Source: Callorhinchus milii
Lineage: Eukaryota
Assembly: GCF_018977255.1 (NCBI RefSeq)
Contig: NW_024704742.1
Location: 59,150,001 to 59,214,000, forward strand
Length of the DNA stretch: 64,000 bases
Direction of reading: 5' to 3'
The translations under genes and the position numbers were made by a program. Below the pieces are notes generated by a model, which saw only the letters and a program-made list of their open reading frames with translations, was not told the DNA's origin and did not search any database. Shown one piece after another: positions 1 through 13,489 of this stretch (positions are counted from its first letter, which is position 1; every line of letters begins with the position of its first letter).

Positions 1-14
1 CACTGAAAAAGCTG

Positions 15-210
15 CAAACTATTAAGCAGTTGGGCAGAGAAACCGCAGATGAATTTTAATGCAAATAAATGCAAGGGAATGCTCGTGGAACAGAAAAAAG
101 CAAACAGATGTACACAATGGGAAAGTGTGCCCATTAGTAAACGTGAAGAAGACAAAGCATCTGGGTGCGATTATTAATCACTCATTGAAAGTATTGTGTC
201 AATGTGCACC
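15..210 (+). mobile_element. Degenerate CR1 LINE ORF2 fragment
   Basis: Translates to WAEKPQMNFNANKCKGM...HLGAIINHSLKVLCQC, the CR1 post-RT motif. Confidence 0.7.
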
Positions 211-390
211 TTTTATCTGCAAACTTAATCAAATATTAGAATGCACCTCAACGGCTTTTAGCTATAAGTTGAAAAACAGTTATTCTACACCAAACCATTG
301 ATAAAAGATGACAGTGAAAGAGATGATATGAGAGTCCAATGTCCCAGTTATACAACAGGCAAAATTTGAACTGGTCAGAAGTAACACACT

Positions 391-775
391 AATAACCATT
401 GCCTTTTGATATAGTACCTTATCATGTTGTCAAAACATCTCAAAGTGCTTCCTTGGATTGACTATGTATTTTGTAGGTGAACACGGCAGCAAATTTGCAT
501 GCAGCAATATCCCACAAACAGCCATGAGTGACTGAAATTTTTTATTGGGGGATTGTTGCCCAGGACACTGGGTGAAACTTTCTTCTCTTTCTCGAATAGC
601 TCTAAAAAAAGGCAAACAGGAATATAATGTCTCATTTGAAGAACAACACCTCCAATAATGCACCGCTTCCCCTGCACTGCATTGGAGTATCAACCAAGAC
701 TATGGGTTCAAAGTCCTGATGTGGGACTTGAACCCTTAACTGGTGAGAGTGCTATCAACTGAGCTAGGCTGACAC
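391..775 (-). mobile_element. tRNA-derived Deu-type SINE (head type B)
   Basis: Minus strand: gtgtcagcctagctcagttgatagcactctc...ggttcaagtcccac head, Deu-like body (gctgtttgtgggatattgctgcatgcaaatttgctgcc), L2-like tail. Confidence 0.8.
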
Positions 776-1259
776 CTGCCAGGCTGACCTGATAGTTATG
801 AGGCAAAATTGCATTGAGTCAGGGCAAACTACAAAATTGTCCCATCATTATCAAAACAGATTGGCAGAACAGATCTTGTGCTCATTGGAGAAATAAATAT
901 TGAGGAGAAACATCTGTTTGTTTGTATATTTCAGGTGGACATCAGAAAGATCCCTTGGAATGATGTCAAACAAGAGCAGGGTGTTCTCCTGATGTCCATC
1001 CTCATCTAAGTTCACAAGAATATGCAGATTCATTGATGATTCATTGTATTGCTGACTGAGATGCGGCTGGTACAAATTAACAGCTTTTGTTTGCCTACAT
1101 GACAACAATTTCAAAGTAACTCTTTGAAAGCACTGTGACATGTTCGAATGTGAGAAGGTACTTTATCAAATGCAAGTATTATAATTCAAGTCTTTAAAAT
1201 ACCGAGCAACACAGTTGATTTAGAAGAAAGATGTGTGCAATCAGGATATTCAAGTTCTT

Positions 1260-1530
1260 GCTAGAAAGACAGAGATGTAGAAGAGTCAGGTTTAAAACTA
1301 ACAAGTCTCAAGATAGAATAGATGTAAGAAGAAACTTTTTCATCCCCACGGACTAGTTGATATGTGAAATAGACTCTCAGCAAATGCACTTGATGCTGTG
1401 TCAATTAATTCCTTCAAAAAGAAACTGAATATATTTATATTTATACATATATATATGCCTAGGGATAAGAATGGAAGTTATTGGGATAGATTGAAATGCT
1501 CAAATACTCCATGGGATATCATGGGCCGTA
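1260..1530 (+). mobile_element. Degenerate CR1 3' end
   Basis: DVRRNFF...SINSFKKKL-type ORF2 C-terminus. Confidence 0.6.
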
Positions 1531-2143
1531 CTACCTGGGGCTAGAGGGAAAGGTAGAGATTGTGCCAGGAAAGATGTTTTTGAAGAGTGAACCCAGAAAT
1601 ATTCTATCTCTACCATTGCGTTTGGTAACGTGCGGATCAAGAAGCACTTAGGGATGATGATTTCACAGGTTGGGTAGTGTTCATGTAAGGCAAGAAAAAT
1701 AATCCTTGAATTTGATATGACACTTTACCACAGTACTCCCTGTTTACTCCATTTTCTTAAAATTCAATGTACAGCTGTGTATAGATCTCCTTTTATTTTT
1801 AAGAAACTTCCTCTTAGTTTAAAAAAACTGAGAGAGACCTTGGTTATTAGCTGACTTGTTACTTACTATAGAGTTGAAATTCATTGCATTTACCCTGAAG
1901 AGAAAAATGAACAGACAACAACAGCAGAAAAGAGGCACTTTAGTGAGGCAGCCACGATTGTTCTAGCCAAGGGCATAGTGAAGATTGAGATGCATGTTTT
2001 TGGTATAGAAGGCCACATTGGAAAAATACTTTTTTTTAAAAAATAACAATGCTTACATTCAATATGTTGATATTTAAAAAACACTTTATGGGATATACTG
2101 TAAAGTATAGTAACTCTGTATTTTGTGGGCTAACATGGTAGCC

Positions 2144-2538
2144 AATAATAATAATAATAATCCTTGCATTTGATATAGCGCTTTTCACGTCGGGAGGACG
2201 TCCCAAAGCGCTATCCACAAAGCAATGTCCGATAAACAGCCATGAAACGAGTGACCAGCTTTTTATTGGGGGGGCATTGTTGGCCATGACACTGGAGAAA
2301 TTCACTTGTCTTTTCAAATAATGCAATGGGATGTTTAACGTCCGCTTGGACAGGCAGATGGATTTAACATCTCAACTTGGTTTAGCATCTCATCCAAAGG
2401 ATAGCACCTCCGACAATTCAGCATACCCTCAGCACACAGCTGAACTGTCAGCATAGACATAGAGTTCCAAGTAATGATGTGAACTCCCAACCTTCTGATT
2501 CAGAGGCGAGAATGCTACCAACTGAGCAAGGCTGACAC
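2144..2538 (-). mobile_element. Deu-type SINE (head type B) with a young L2-like tail
   Basis: (TTA)n tail, gggacgtcctcccgacgtgaaaagcgc stem-loop, tRNA-like head ending near 2538. Confidence 0.85.
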
Positions 2539-3414
2539 GTGATGTGAGGAGAGAAGTGGAAGTATACTCCATAGCATAGATTCACAGTTACGAATGGCAA
2601 TTTTTTAGTGACAAACACCACAAAATATTTTTACACTGACAACAATCAACAGCTGGAGTGGATTACAAAATAGGTAGGTAGAGGCCAGAACATTGGATTC
2701 ATTTAAGAAACAGCTTGATGCTATAATGAGAAGCTGGAATGCGAGGCACATAAGGTGGATTTTCTGCAACGATGAGATCAAATGGGCCAAAGGGTCCCAT
2801 TCATCCTGAGTTTTCTTGCAATCTTGTGAATCTGATCTTTTAATAGAATCACCCTCAATTTGTTTCACATTGATTTACTGCGTAGCATCAAACTTCCCTG
2901 ACATGTTTCAGACAAGTTCCTGATTTCTGTAATGGAGGCATCAATGAGCTTTTTTCCCTTCCCTTTATGGCTGAAGTATGTGCTGACTTTCCATGGTGAG
3001 TTAAATCACAAAATGAGTTTGGACTTAGAGAAAGGTTAAGGAGCAATATGTACTTGTCAGCTGAATATGGTACTTAGTAGTGCAGGTAAAGAAAAACAGG
3101 AATAGTATGTTATGTTTGAAAGTACTACGGGCCGTCATTATGAAAAAAAAATACAGGAAGTCACGATCAATAATGCAAAAGGATAAATATCATTATCCAT
3201 AGAAGCATAGTAATCAATCTGACTCATTTTGATACTTGACATTTAAGAATTGGTTTTGTTTGGCTAAAAGTACAATGTGTAGAAAGAAAGGTAAAGGTTA
3301 CTAACTTCTAATTCTCAGCACTTCCATGCCATTTACTTTCCAGCAAATAGGTCAGAATTATTTTCTTGTTGTTCAAAAAATTATGGTGATATATTACTTG
3401 TATCCTCTGCTGCA

Positions 3415-3535
3415 ACAGGCTCAATGAGCCTATCACCCCCATCCTTTTCTAGCTCACCTGGCTTCTTGTCCCGCAAAGGATCGAGTTCAAGATCCTTGTC
3501 CTCACTTTAAATCCCTCCATGGTCTTGCAGGCATT
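3415..3535 (+). mobile_element. L2 LINE ORF2 fragment
   Basis: atcacccccatcctt...tggctt...aggatcgagttcaagatccttgtcctcac, i.e. ITPIL..WL..RIEFKILVL. Confidence 0.7.
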
Positions 3536-5164
3536 CACTCACCTGCTTCACATTCCCTAACCTGCCTGCCCATCATTGATAGTCGGGGTTCAGGCTTTCT
3601 GCCTGCACTCACTGAAACTCCATCTTGATTGATATAACGTCTTATCACGTCATCAAAATGTCTCAAATAGTTTGCTGGATTTACTGTAAAAGGTAGTGAA
3701 TGTATTGGTAAACAAATATTGTAGCCAATCTGCACACGGCAATGTCAATGTGGGGCATTGAGATTGAAAGATTTGTCAAGATCTAAAACAAATATTGAAC
3801 GGGCTTGATGGGTTGAATGGCCTTCTTGCTCCTGTTTTCCTCTGCTCCTATGAAACTGAAAGACTGATTTTCTTTCAGCTCTAATTGATGGAAGGGAACC
3901 TGGAAATAGTACTTTCAATAGTTGTGCACAAATATGACCACTGGAAGATGTAAAGTTATCTTCTGCACTATTCTTGAATGTTTCTGAGATTTGGTTGTTG
4001 GTGCATAGCTTAGAAAATGTACAATTTACACCATGAAGCAGGTACACCAAACAATTAGATTCAAAATGTGAACTTGTGAGCATGAGGATCTTAAAACCAA
4101 GCTATTTAACATTTGATTGGGTAATGGTACTTCAACACTATTTAATTGTATAATGCTATTTAAAGTATCTCATCAGATGAAAAGATTATCTTGTGCCAGG
4201 TTATACACTATTGCTGCGTGTGGGCATTCAAGAGTATTTGGGGGATAAGAAAAAATAGTATGTTTGTCAAGTGGCATTTGACAGCTTCAGTAAGGCATAA
4301 CTGATATAGCTTAAGAAAAACTGAGGAGAATCATGCAGTAAATATCATATTTCTTCTTAAAAAGGTTCCCCAGAATATAAATATCTGGGGGGAATTACAA
4401 ATTCAAAGACAATGTCCACCAAATATCTACACTCAGCCTTCTAATAGCTAGGATAGAGTTAAAATATAAGAATTATCTTTGATAGTCCTTGTTGACTTTG
4501 CAAGATGTCCCAAGAAGGTTTGGGACATCCACAAATCCTTGATTTATAAGAGCAGAATGCAGATCTGCACCTCTTTTTCAGTACACCCTTTTGATAAAAG
4601 ATAGCCCACAGAATTTTCAAAATCACAGTTTTTTGTATATGAGAAATGTTCAGGTATTGCATTATGTTCAGTGGTACCATAAGCCACTAGACCAGAGAGG
4701 ATTCAGAGGGAAAACATTCCTTAAATATAATAATTGTTGCATTTGATATAGGGCTTTTCATGTCTTCTAGACGTCTCAAAGCACTTCATAGAATATACTG
4801 TAAAGTGAATTGACTGTATATTTGTGGGTGAAACTGTATATTCCTTACTATTACGTGAGATACTAGACTTGTAATTCCAATATTTCTTTCTTCCCTTCCC
4901 TAATCTGGCTTTGTACCATAACATTGACAAAATTCGATCTTCCTGTCAGATGACACAAAACCACACAGCTTTTGGCAAGTCACTGGTACATGTTGTGATG
5001 CTGATGAAAGCCAAGCATTGCAATGCTAAACTTCAAATGGAAAAGCTTGGAAATGAGGAAGCAAGTGTGACCGATAAGCTTTGCTTAAGAAAGTTACAGT
5101 GACTGGCAAAGGAGCAACTCAGTGGGAAAGGTTTCATTACAGTGCACAGCTTTTTAAAACCACG

Positions 5165-5945
5165 CAACAACAACAAAATTGCATTAGTATAGCGCCTTTC
5201 ACATCGGGAGGACATCCCAAGGCACTGGACAATCAGCGATTTGGACCCGAGCTGGGGGTCGGGATCGGGAAGGGTGGAGGGCAGGGGGGAAGATGGGTAG
5301 TCAAAGGCACGGTTGAAGAGGAGGGTCTTGAGATGGGTCTTGAAGGAGACAAGGGAGGCGACAAGGTGGACGGACTTTGGGATGGAGTTCCAGAGAGTGG
5401 GGGTAGAGTGGCTGAAGGCCCACCTGCCAATGGTGGAGTGGAGCGGCGAGGTAGGGGACATGAAGAAGGCCGGAGCCTGCTGAGCAGAGGGAGCGGGCAG
5501 GATGGTAGGGGTTTAAGAGGTCGCAGAAGTAGGGGGGGAGAAAAGCCATGGAGGGTTTTGAAGGTGAGTACCAGGATCTTCAACTGTATCCTCTGTGTGA
5601 TGGGAAACCAATGGAGTCGGGCGAGGATGGGGGTGATAGGATCACAGAGCCTGGTGTGGAGAGGACACAGACTGCAGAGTTCTGGATCATCTGCAGCCTG
5701 TGGAGGGAGGATTTGTGGAGGCCAACAAGCAGGGAGTTTGCATAGTCGAGCCTGGATGTTTGAATGCATGTATGATGGTTTCGGCGACCTGTGGTGTGAG
5801 ACAGTGGCGAAACCGGGTGATGTTGCAGAGGTGGGGGAAGGCAGAGCAGGTCATGACATGGATGTCGGGTAGAAAGGATAGTTGAGGGTCAAACAAGATG
5901 CCAAGGTTCTGGACTGGTTCAGTGAGGCTGAAGAATAGGATAGGA
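5165..5945 (-). mobile_element. L2-clade LINE, 5'-truncated
   Basis: ORF pieces VQNLGILFDPQLSF, PITPILARLHWFPITQRIQLKILVLTFK and AFSHSTPTLWNSIP...SFKTHLKTLLF; (TTG)n tail. Confidence 0.95.
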
Positions 5946-6059
5946 GTAAAACTAATCCAAAGGTGATGGGGGGTGGCAATGTAAGGTTTCAAGTACAACT
6001 GTAAAAATTGATCTGACCAAGTGTTGACTGGGATTGCAAGCTTGTGAAAAATTAGACCT

Positions 6060-6430
6060 TGAAAACTGAAGTAAGAAGATTAGAAGCAGTTGAGTTAAGG
6101 TGTTACTGGTGTGTGCGAAAATTAGTTTGACAAGAAGAATGACTAATGACAAGATCCTTGAATTAGTACAAAAGGGAAGAGATTAGTCCGATCACGATGA
6201 GGAAAATGACAGTCTGCACACACATCATTCAGCAGTCACAGGGATGAGGCCTAGATTGTTACTGTCCGGAAAAAGCTGATGGTAATAGATCAAGAGCAGG
6301 CAAAGAAAAAAGTAAATGGACATATGATTGATAGAATGGGCAAGTGCGATATCAGGGCTGAGAAATCTACTTGTGCAGAAAGCAGAAAGCTTGGAGTACA
6401 CGAGTCATTAACCTCCAGGAGGCACAAAGC
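6060..6430 (+). mobile_element. Degenerate RTE-clade LINE 3' fragment
   Basis: RLEAVELRCYW..RKISLTRRMTNDKILELV resembles the RTE ORF C-terminus. Confidence 0.55.
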
Positions 6431-8169
6431 ACACATGAATAGAACAAGAGGACTTTTACTCTCCATCCAAACTCCAGTACACCCGATCTTGCAATGCTTA
6501 CAGTAGATGCCAAAAATGATTGAAAAAACTTTTAGCTGGGATTCCATCTACCCACCCCCCACCCATTTATTTTATTTTCTCACTTAGTCCTATCGTTTCC
6601 AATTCCATTTGTCTTTTTGTTGAAATATTACCTTCCAAAACATGGCCAAAGAACTAAATGCTGAGGTCTATTATGCTGAAAGTGTACGCCGTAAAACTAT
6701 ATGTGTGTATTGGGAGAATTATCACAGGATTACAGACAAATTCAATATATGGGAATATCGGGAGATGCATTCTCTTTTCACCAGTGCAATATGCCAGTAC
6801 TTTACCTTGCTTCCCTAGATTTTATTTATTATGGTACTACTGAATTTACAATGAAATGGGAAGAAATGATACTCAAGAGACTCAATTGATATCAGATGAG
6901 CCAGATGTGAATAAATCTGACATAGGTCAGTTCGGATTGGAAGCAGATTCTTATTTGAAAGGAGAGGATATTATAGACAAAGTAGAAGTTCCACTAGTCA
7001 TTCATCAAACACAGCTCCCATCTTCAGCAGATGAATCATAGTAGCAGAAGAAAAAAAAGCAAGCTAAATTGTGACTGCCACTGCCTACACATAAATGATC
7101 AGAGTACTTTGGTGTTATTGTTCTGCTTGTTACCTTGAAATGAACTGTCGTGAATTCAGGATACACTTTTGGAATATTACCACGCATTCACAGATGTATT
7201 TTCTCTATGTTAATTATTAATTGTTTGTTTTTGCATGATTTTACTATCTGAACGATACGAGTCTCACACATAACTTTCGGTCTTTCACTTAATAATGTCT
7301 TGAAACTTAAATGCACCTCATCAATGTAGGAGCCATAGAACCCGTTATGAAAAATAACACACCGAGAAAGAGGGAAAACAAATTGAATTGCAATCAACAA
7401 AACATAGAGAATTTAAAGAAATCAAGAAAATTCACACCAGTGAAGAGTAACATTTGATATTAAGTACAGGATTTTTTGTTTTGAGATTGTCGTCTTGTTT
7501 TTTATTCTGTCATTGATTTCCATCTGCCTTTCTTTGGTAAAAAGTGACCTTCCTCCCTGTTTACTACCACTATGTTTGCTTACTGTACACTTTGCAGTAT
7601 AGCCTGTGAAGTGCTTTGAGATGTCATGTTGGAATGAAGTTCCAGCAGTTAGGTATGACATCCATTACCAGAAAAAGTTAATTTGTCCAAATTGGATATG
7701 TTATTATGAATTACTGCAATTGAGATCCGATAGATATGGACTTTAGATGTCACATCATAGATAATCTTCATATATTCATGTGTCAATGCTTGGAATTCCA
7801 ACTAGACTTCCTTCATTTTGACAATCTATTGATTATTTATTTGAAGATATTTACCAAATCAGTTCCAAGATTCCAATTTTCATGAGAATTTATTCATCAC
7901 AGGTAATATTTTTTATCCTTTTTTTTGCAACAACTCAATAAATATATTTTCCTGCCATTGATCTTTGACCAACATCCTCTTGATGGAAGAAAATCTTTTT
8001 TAGTACAAACCATACTTGACCTCATGAAGGAAGTTACCAATATGCACAGTCTGTTTATTAATGCATTATTTCCCCTCTCGCTTCTCCCTGCCCAATCCTG
8101 CTGTTGTATAGCACTCCAAGACATTATCCTATGTGAAGGGCACTATATAAATACAACTTATTCAAACCA

Positions 8170-8360
8170 TAGAAGAAGGCCATTCAGCCTATTTGTTGAT
8201 CCTGGCTCTTTAAAGAACAATTCCTTTCAATCCCAATGACCTTCGCTTTTCCCATACCTTTGTAGTTTACTCTTTTTTAGGTATTTATCGAGTTCCCTAT
8301 TGAAAGCTAATATGGTTTCTGCTTCAACCACCGCTCCCAGCAGGGTATTCCATATCTTAA
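8170..8360 (-). mobile_element. Degenerate CR1 3' end
   Basis: catagaagaaggccattcagcc...tctgcttcaaccaccgctcccagcagggtattccata, similar to the other CR1 tails. Confidence 0.6.
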
Positions 8361-10726
8361 CTGTAGGGCTAGTAGCACACTATTCTGCACCAGAAATAAA
8401 GGGAAGAAAAGTGTTCAGCATGCAGTGATAAAATGTAAATAAATTGCTTTGGACATGAAGTCAATGGGATTCCAGCTCAATGTTAGAACAATTCAAGTCA
8501 GGATCTTCATCGTAATTCTAGCAGGCTGATCCCAAGGTTATAAAAAGGTTTCTAGCCCCAACAGTAGAGTACATACATGATATTGGAGACTAAATTGAAA
8601 ATAAGGTTAAACGTGTTGCTTTTTGCAATGAAACTCAGTAATGCAGTTTCTATAAAGGGACTGGAGCATAGCACTCACAGGTTGAGTTACATTGCTTTTA
8701 AAAATAAATTGCCAATTTTCTCCTTCAATTATCTCCCTTGCCTTACTGTTCTTCTCTTTTGGAGGCATCTGAATTCTTTTTCCTTCTACTGGGATAAGGT
8801 TTCATGGGATACAGCCACCCGTAGCCAAGGGACCTCACACGGGTGACTATTATTCATGAATGATATTCAATAAATGTTGTGAGGCCATTGGACTGGGAAT
8901 AAGATAATTGACCAGCTTGGGACATGGATAGTAGATGTGGCTTTTCGATGGGATTGTTCTCTAGCTACTAATAACTGCAAGACAATGTGCTAACCAGGGA
9001 GATTATATTGATAAACTCCACAGTTTTCACTAATTCAAATCCAGCATTAGCTGAAAGCACATTTGGGAATCTTGAATATCTTGTCTTCTGTGAACCTGCA
9101 GTTTTGTTGACTAGGCATAGGCAAATGGGATGTAAATATGCTATTTGCCCCCTTCCCACTCGCAATCCCTTCATCCACCGTTAAGTGCTCTGAGATGCTA
9201 TCCCTCATGAAGGGAGCTGTATAAATACAAGTTTTTGTTGTTTGCAGAAAGAAATTCAGAATTTGCAAATGGTTCTCATGAGTTATAACTGAGGCTTCTG
9301 AAGCGAAACAATGGGTTTTGTACCTTCTCCAAGGTATAAAACAATAAGCTTGGCCAGTATTTTATCTAATATTTCATGTACACGCCCAAAACAGAGGTAG
9401 GTTGATCTGTTATTTTTCATTCAGTGACAATGGGACACCTGGAAGCTGTTAATGGTCCACTAATGGGAATACCAAAAATCTGTCTTTGCAGAATGACAAC
9501 CTATTAATTGACTACAGTAAGGACACACATATAATCTGGTTTTAATACAATTTCTCACTTTCTCACTGATTCACTATCTATTTCTTTGCTATTCACATTC
9601 TTCCTCTCTTACATTCACTGTTTGGTTTTGCAAGTCCTTATTGTTGCAGAATGGCACCATTAAATATTTTCTTGCTCGTTGGTGAGTCAGGTTTTTTTTG
9701 ATTAATGAAGGAATCCCTGTAGATATGCACATATCTACCTGAGAAAAACAGCAAGGATTTTATGATTTCAAATAATCTTTGCCTTAAAGACATCTAGTCT
9801 GAGAGATGATGTACCCACAATGACAACTTATTGGCAGCCCTAACACTAAGACATAAATCTATGAGCAGCAATCTTTTCAATGCGTTTGCAATCTGATCAA
9901 AAACCTCAACATTTTCAGCCAGTCACAATTACTGCAACTGAAAAGTGTTAACATTGACTGCACTCTTGTCAGGTTCTTTACTTCAATGATAACCTTGAGT
10001 AAAACTGAACATGACATGTCAGAGAGGTTTGGGCTTCAGCAGACTTTAACACTGTAATTTTATGTGTGGCATCATAGCATTAAAAGTGATCTTGTTCACA
10101 AACCCTGGTTTCAACTTTATTTCATTTTTCATTGATGACTAGGAAAAGAGTACAATGGAGCCAAGTCAATCAAAGTGTTTGTGAAGAAAATTGATGTTTG
10201 CCTCCAACTTTAATCTTCCATGTATTTGCAGGATCTCATGAATGAAGTTCAGCACAACGAGGTAGTCACTTTCTGAATTCTTTTGAAAGACTGCACGGAT
10301 GATAGCTGTACATTTATAGCTGTACACATTTACACACATCATGTTTGAACTTTGCTATGAGATGTAGAGGGCAGTTCTGGGAAATAAGACATAATTTCAA
10401 AATGTAGAGCAAAGAGCGACAGAGCAAACCTCCCTCTGCTATGCTCCTGTGTTGCCCATTAACCTCGACCTTAGAAGAACAAACAAACATACGCACAGTA
10501 GCTGTGTAATTAGTTACCCGGTGGTTTCTCTGAATGAATCTGGCAGCCATTGATTTCCAAGTCTCTTAATTTTGGATTGTTTAGTGTGCGTCTTTGTGTT
10601 TAATGAGAACTATGTTTAGATTTCCCATTTCAGCGGAGTCCTTACAAGTAGTGGAGAAAGGAGACTTCATCCCCTCAATCTGAGCCATGTTCAATTTCAT
10701 TAGGTGAAGTAAGGTCAATTCTGGAT

Positions 10727-10934
10727 CAAAAACAGAGAGAGCTGGGAAAACTCAGCAGGTCAGGCAGCATCTATGGAGAAAGGAAAGTGAATCAATGTTT
10801 CGGGTCCACGACCCTTCGTCAGAACGTTGACTAACTTTCCTTTCTCCATGGATGCTGTCTGACCTGCTGAGTTTTCCCAGCTCTCTCTCTGTTTTCGTTT
10901 CAGATTCCAGCATCTGCAATATTTTGTGTTTTGC
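10727..10934. mobile_element. Penelope-pLTR-derived fold-back insertion with hammerhead-like core and 12 bp TSD
   Basis: Arms 10727-10799 and 10823-10896 are near-perfect inverted repeats; tcaattctggat is duplicated at 10715-10726 and 10935-10946. Confidence 0.8.
10794..10825 (-). ncRNA. Minimal type-I hammerhead ribozyme-like motif, with the cleavage triplet mutated (GTT to ATT)
   Basis: Minus strand reads gttCTGACGA-a-gggtc-gtg-gaccc-GAAAC-att. Confidence 0.55.
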
Positions 10935-11551
10935 TCAATTCTGGATGCTGACCAAGGTTTAAGTCAGGATCCTTATTTGTTGTTAATTGTGACTTCTGGC
11001 TTACGAATATACCAACTAACGGAAACTCTGTTTTGACATGAAAGGCCTATATAAATGCAATTTGTTGTTGCAGCTGATCTAAACTTTTCCCAATGTAGAC
11101 ATCCCATACCTATGTGGACAGGAATTCTAAGGACTTAACAGGATTGGCAAAACAACCGATTGTGAAACCTGAAATCAAAGGTAAAACCTCAAAATTTGAT
11201 TGAAAGAAAGGAGTTGAATCATGCTGAACCTACTGTCAATCCTGAGCAATCTTGCTTTGAACAGAGTGCACTTAAAATGAATCAAGTTTCCATTCACTTT
11301 TGAAAAAAGAATACGTGATCAAGGAAATTCAGAAAAAAAATTATGACTGATGAAAATACAAAAATGACATTAACTGCTTCAGATGTTTATGTTTATTATG
11401 TCCTCCTTAAATCACTCACACCTTTTTTTTTAACTTTCATTTCTCTTCAAATTTTCAGACTTTCCTAATTACAGTACCCTCATTCTTTCCCATCCTCCGT
11501 GGAAATAACCTGTGCCAATAACCTATTTGGAAATATTGTCAGTGTGTGTCA

Positions 11552-11668
11552 TTAACAGCAACATCTGCGGGCACAGCAGCTTCTGCGGGCAGAGCAGCTT
11601 GCTGGCAGGTGTCTGGATTCACAACCTGATGGTTTGGAAACTTGTAGATTCAAGCACTCTGAACAAAC
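11552..11668 (-). CDS. Candidate terminal coding exon: VCSECLNLQVSKPSGCESRHLPASCSARRSCCARRCCC*
   Basis: Strong acceptor ttttcactttgctccttgttcag|GTT; phase-0 frame open to TAA at 11554-11552; AATAAA on the minus strand at 11397-11392. Confidence 0.35.
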   Translation of the reverse strand, partial: VCSECLNLQVSKPSGCESRHLPASCSARRSCCARRCCC

Positions 11669-11820
11669 CTGAACAAGGAGCAAAGTGAAAAGTAAATAGT
11701 GGATAAGTACCACTATGGGACTGCCTTAGGCCATTTTATCAGTAGTTTAAAAAAAATACATTTGTCAATGCGTGTACATGTAATAGAAAGAATAATCAAC
11801 CTCGCTAAGTTATCGGTAAT

Positions 11821-12322
11821 AATAGGAACATAGGAACCTAGGAATTAGTAGCAGGAGGAGACCATTCAGCCCCTCGAGCCTGCCCCACCATTCAATAAGA
11901 TCATGGCTGATCTTCTAACCTAACTCCATCTGCCCGCCTTATCCCCTTATCCCTTAATTCCTCTATCCTTTAGAAACCTATCAATCTCAGTCTTGAGTAT
12001 GTTCAAGGATTGAGCATCTACAGCCTTCTGGGGTAGAGAATTCCATAAATTCACTACCCGCTGAGTGAAGAAGTGTTTCATCAACTCTGTTCAAAAGGAT
12101 GTCCCTTAATTTTAAGACTGTGACCACTAGTTCTAGATTCTACTCTGTCAAGCCCCATAAGAATCTTATATATTTCTATAAAATCAACCCTAATTCTTCT
12201 ATATTCTATAGAATATAGGCCTAATTTACTCAACCTATCCTCATAGGTCAACCCTACCATGAATTAATCTAGTGAATCTACGCTGCACCCCGTCTAAGGC
12301 GAGTATGTCCTTTCTTAAATAA
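11821..12322 (-). mobile_element. CR1 LINE 3' fragment
   Basis: (taggaac)n tail repeats; aligns with 62816-63330. Confidence 0.9.
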
Positions 12323-13489
12323 TAATCACCGCTGGGTTGAGATTGTACTGAGATTGTCTTAAAACAAAAATACTGATCTTACTCATGTGATGAATCAAGG
12401 ATGCAAAATATATATTTTTCTTTAATTCAATTCAAATAAACCTTAGATCAACAGAAAATTGCAGTAAATAAATATCAGAGTAAAATTTGCAGGATGGTTA
12501 AAAACGCATTCCTTCACATTTTTTNAAGAACTGCATTGAGGAACACCAGCAGACAACATCCTCTGCAGATACATGGTCCATTCGACTCAGAGTCAGAGCA
12601 ATACCATTTCTTGGACCCTGAGGCATGGAATCGTATTTTGTAAATTAAAGAAATACCGCAAATTGGAACCTATTGAGTGTTATTGAATCTGGAACCCATG
12701 CAGGGCTAAATCCTATCGAATGGAACTATGGTCTTTTTTCATTCCAAGATTTCTTGAATTAAAGTCTAACTGCATATATTTGTTTCAGAATTATGGAAAT
12801 AGGGGTTTGATGCAGACACTGCTATTCATGCACAGTTCTAAGGTTTATTTGCTGAGAAGGGTGATGAGTGAGTTGAGCACAGGCAGGGAAGATGTAGCTT
12901 TTCTACAATTGGCCTCTGATTCACTGCGAACAGGATCAAAAGAATAAATTGGTCACAGTACCATTTTCTGAGCTTTTCAGCATGTGAGCGGCTAAGGAGA
13001 GGATTCATGCTGTATGGTTTTTATGGTAAATAATTACAATTATTTTAGCTCTTTTCACATCACAAAGACATCTCAAAGCATTTCACAGGATTTATTTTAA
13101 AGTGTTGTGATTGTGTATTTTGTAGGTGAATACAATAGCCAATTTGTACACAACAAATGTCCCAGAAACAATCATGTAGTGAATGACCAACTTTGCATCT
13201 GGGGGACTGTTGGCGAAGGCACCTGGGACAAACTGCCTCAACAGAGCTCAATGGACTCTTACTTGTGGTCCTTATTAATCTAAGCTTGCAGTTAGACTAA
13301 ATTTGACTAAATTTGGTGAGACGCCACAAATTAATGGTGGAAACGCCCAATCTGATCTCTGCTTTGCACTTCCCTTTACAAGCTGGCTAAAGTGTAGAAC
13401 TCAAGAGCATAGGGGGTTAAATCTGCTCTGTAGCACACGTAATATTTATAGAAAAGTAGTTATTTCTTCGCAACTTTGAAGTTCCATAG

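Noticed and set aside
5081..5872. 263 aa plus-strand ORF, the longest in the track
   Set aside because: Antisense shadow of the L2 LINE at 5165-5945; Gly/Arg-rich and not a host gene.
12525..12525. Single N base
   Set aside because: Assembly ambiguity with no biological signal.
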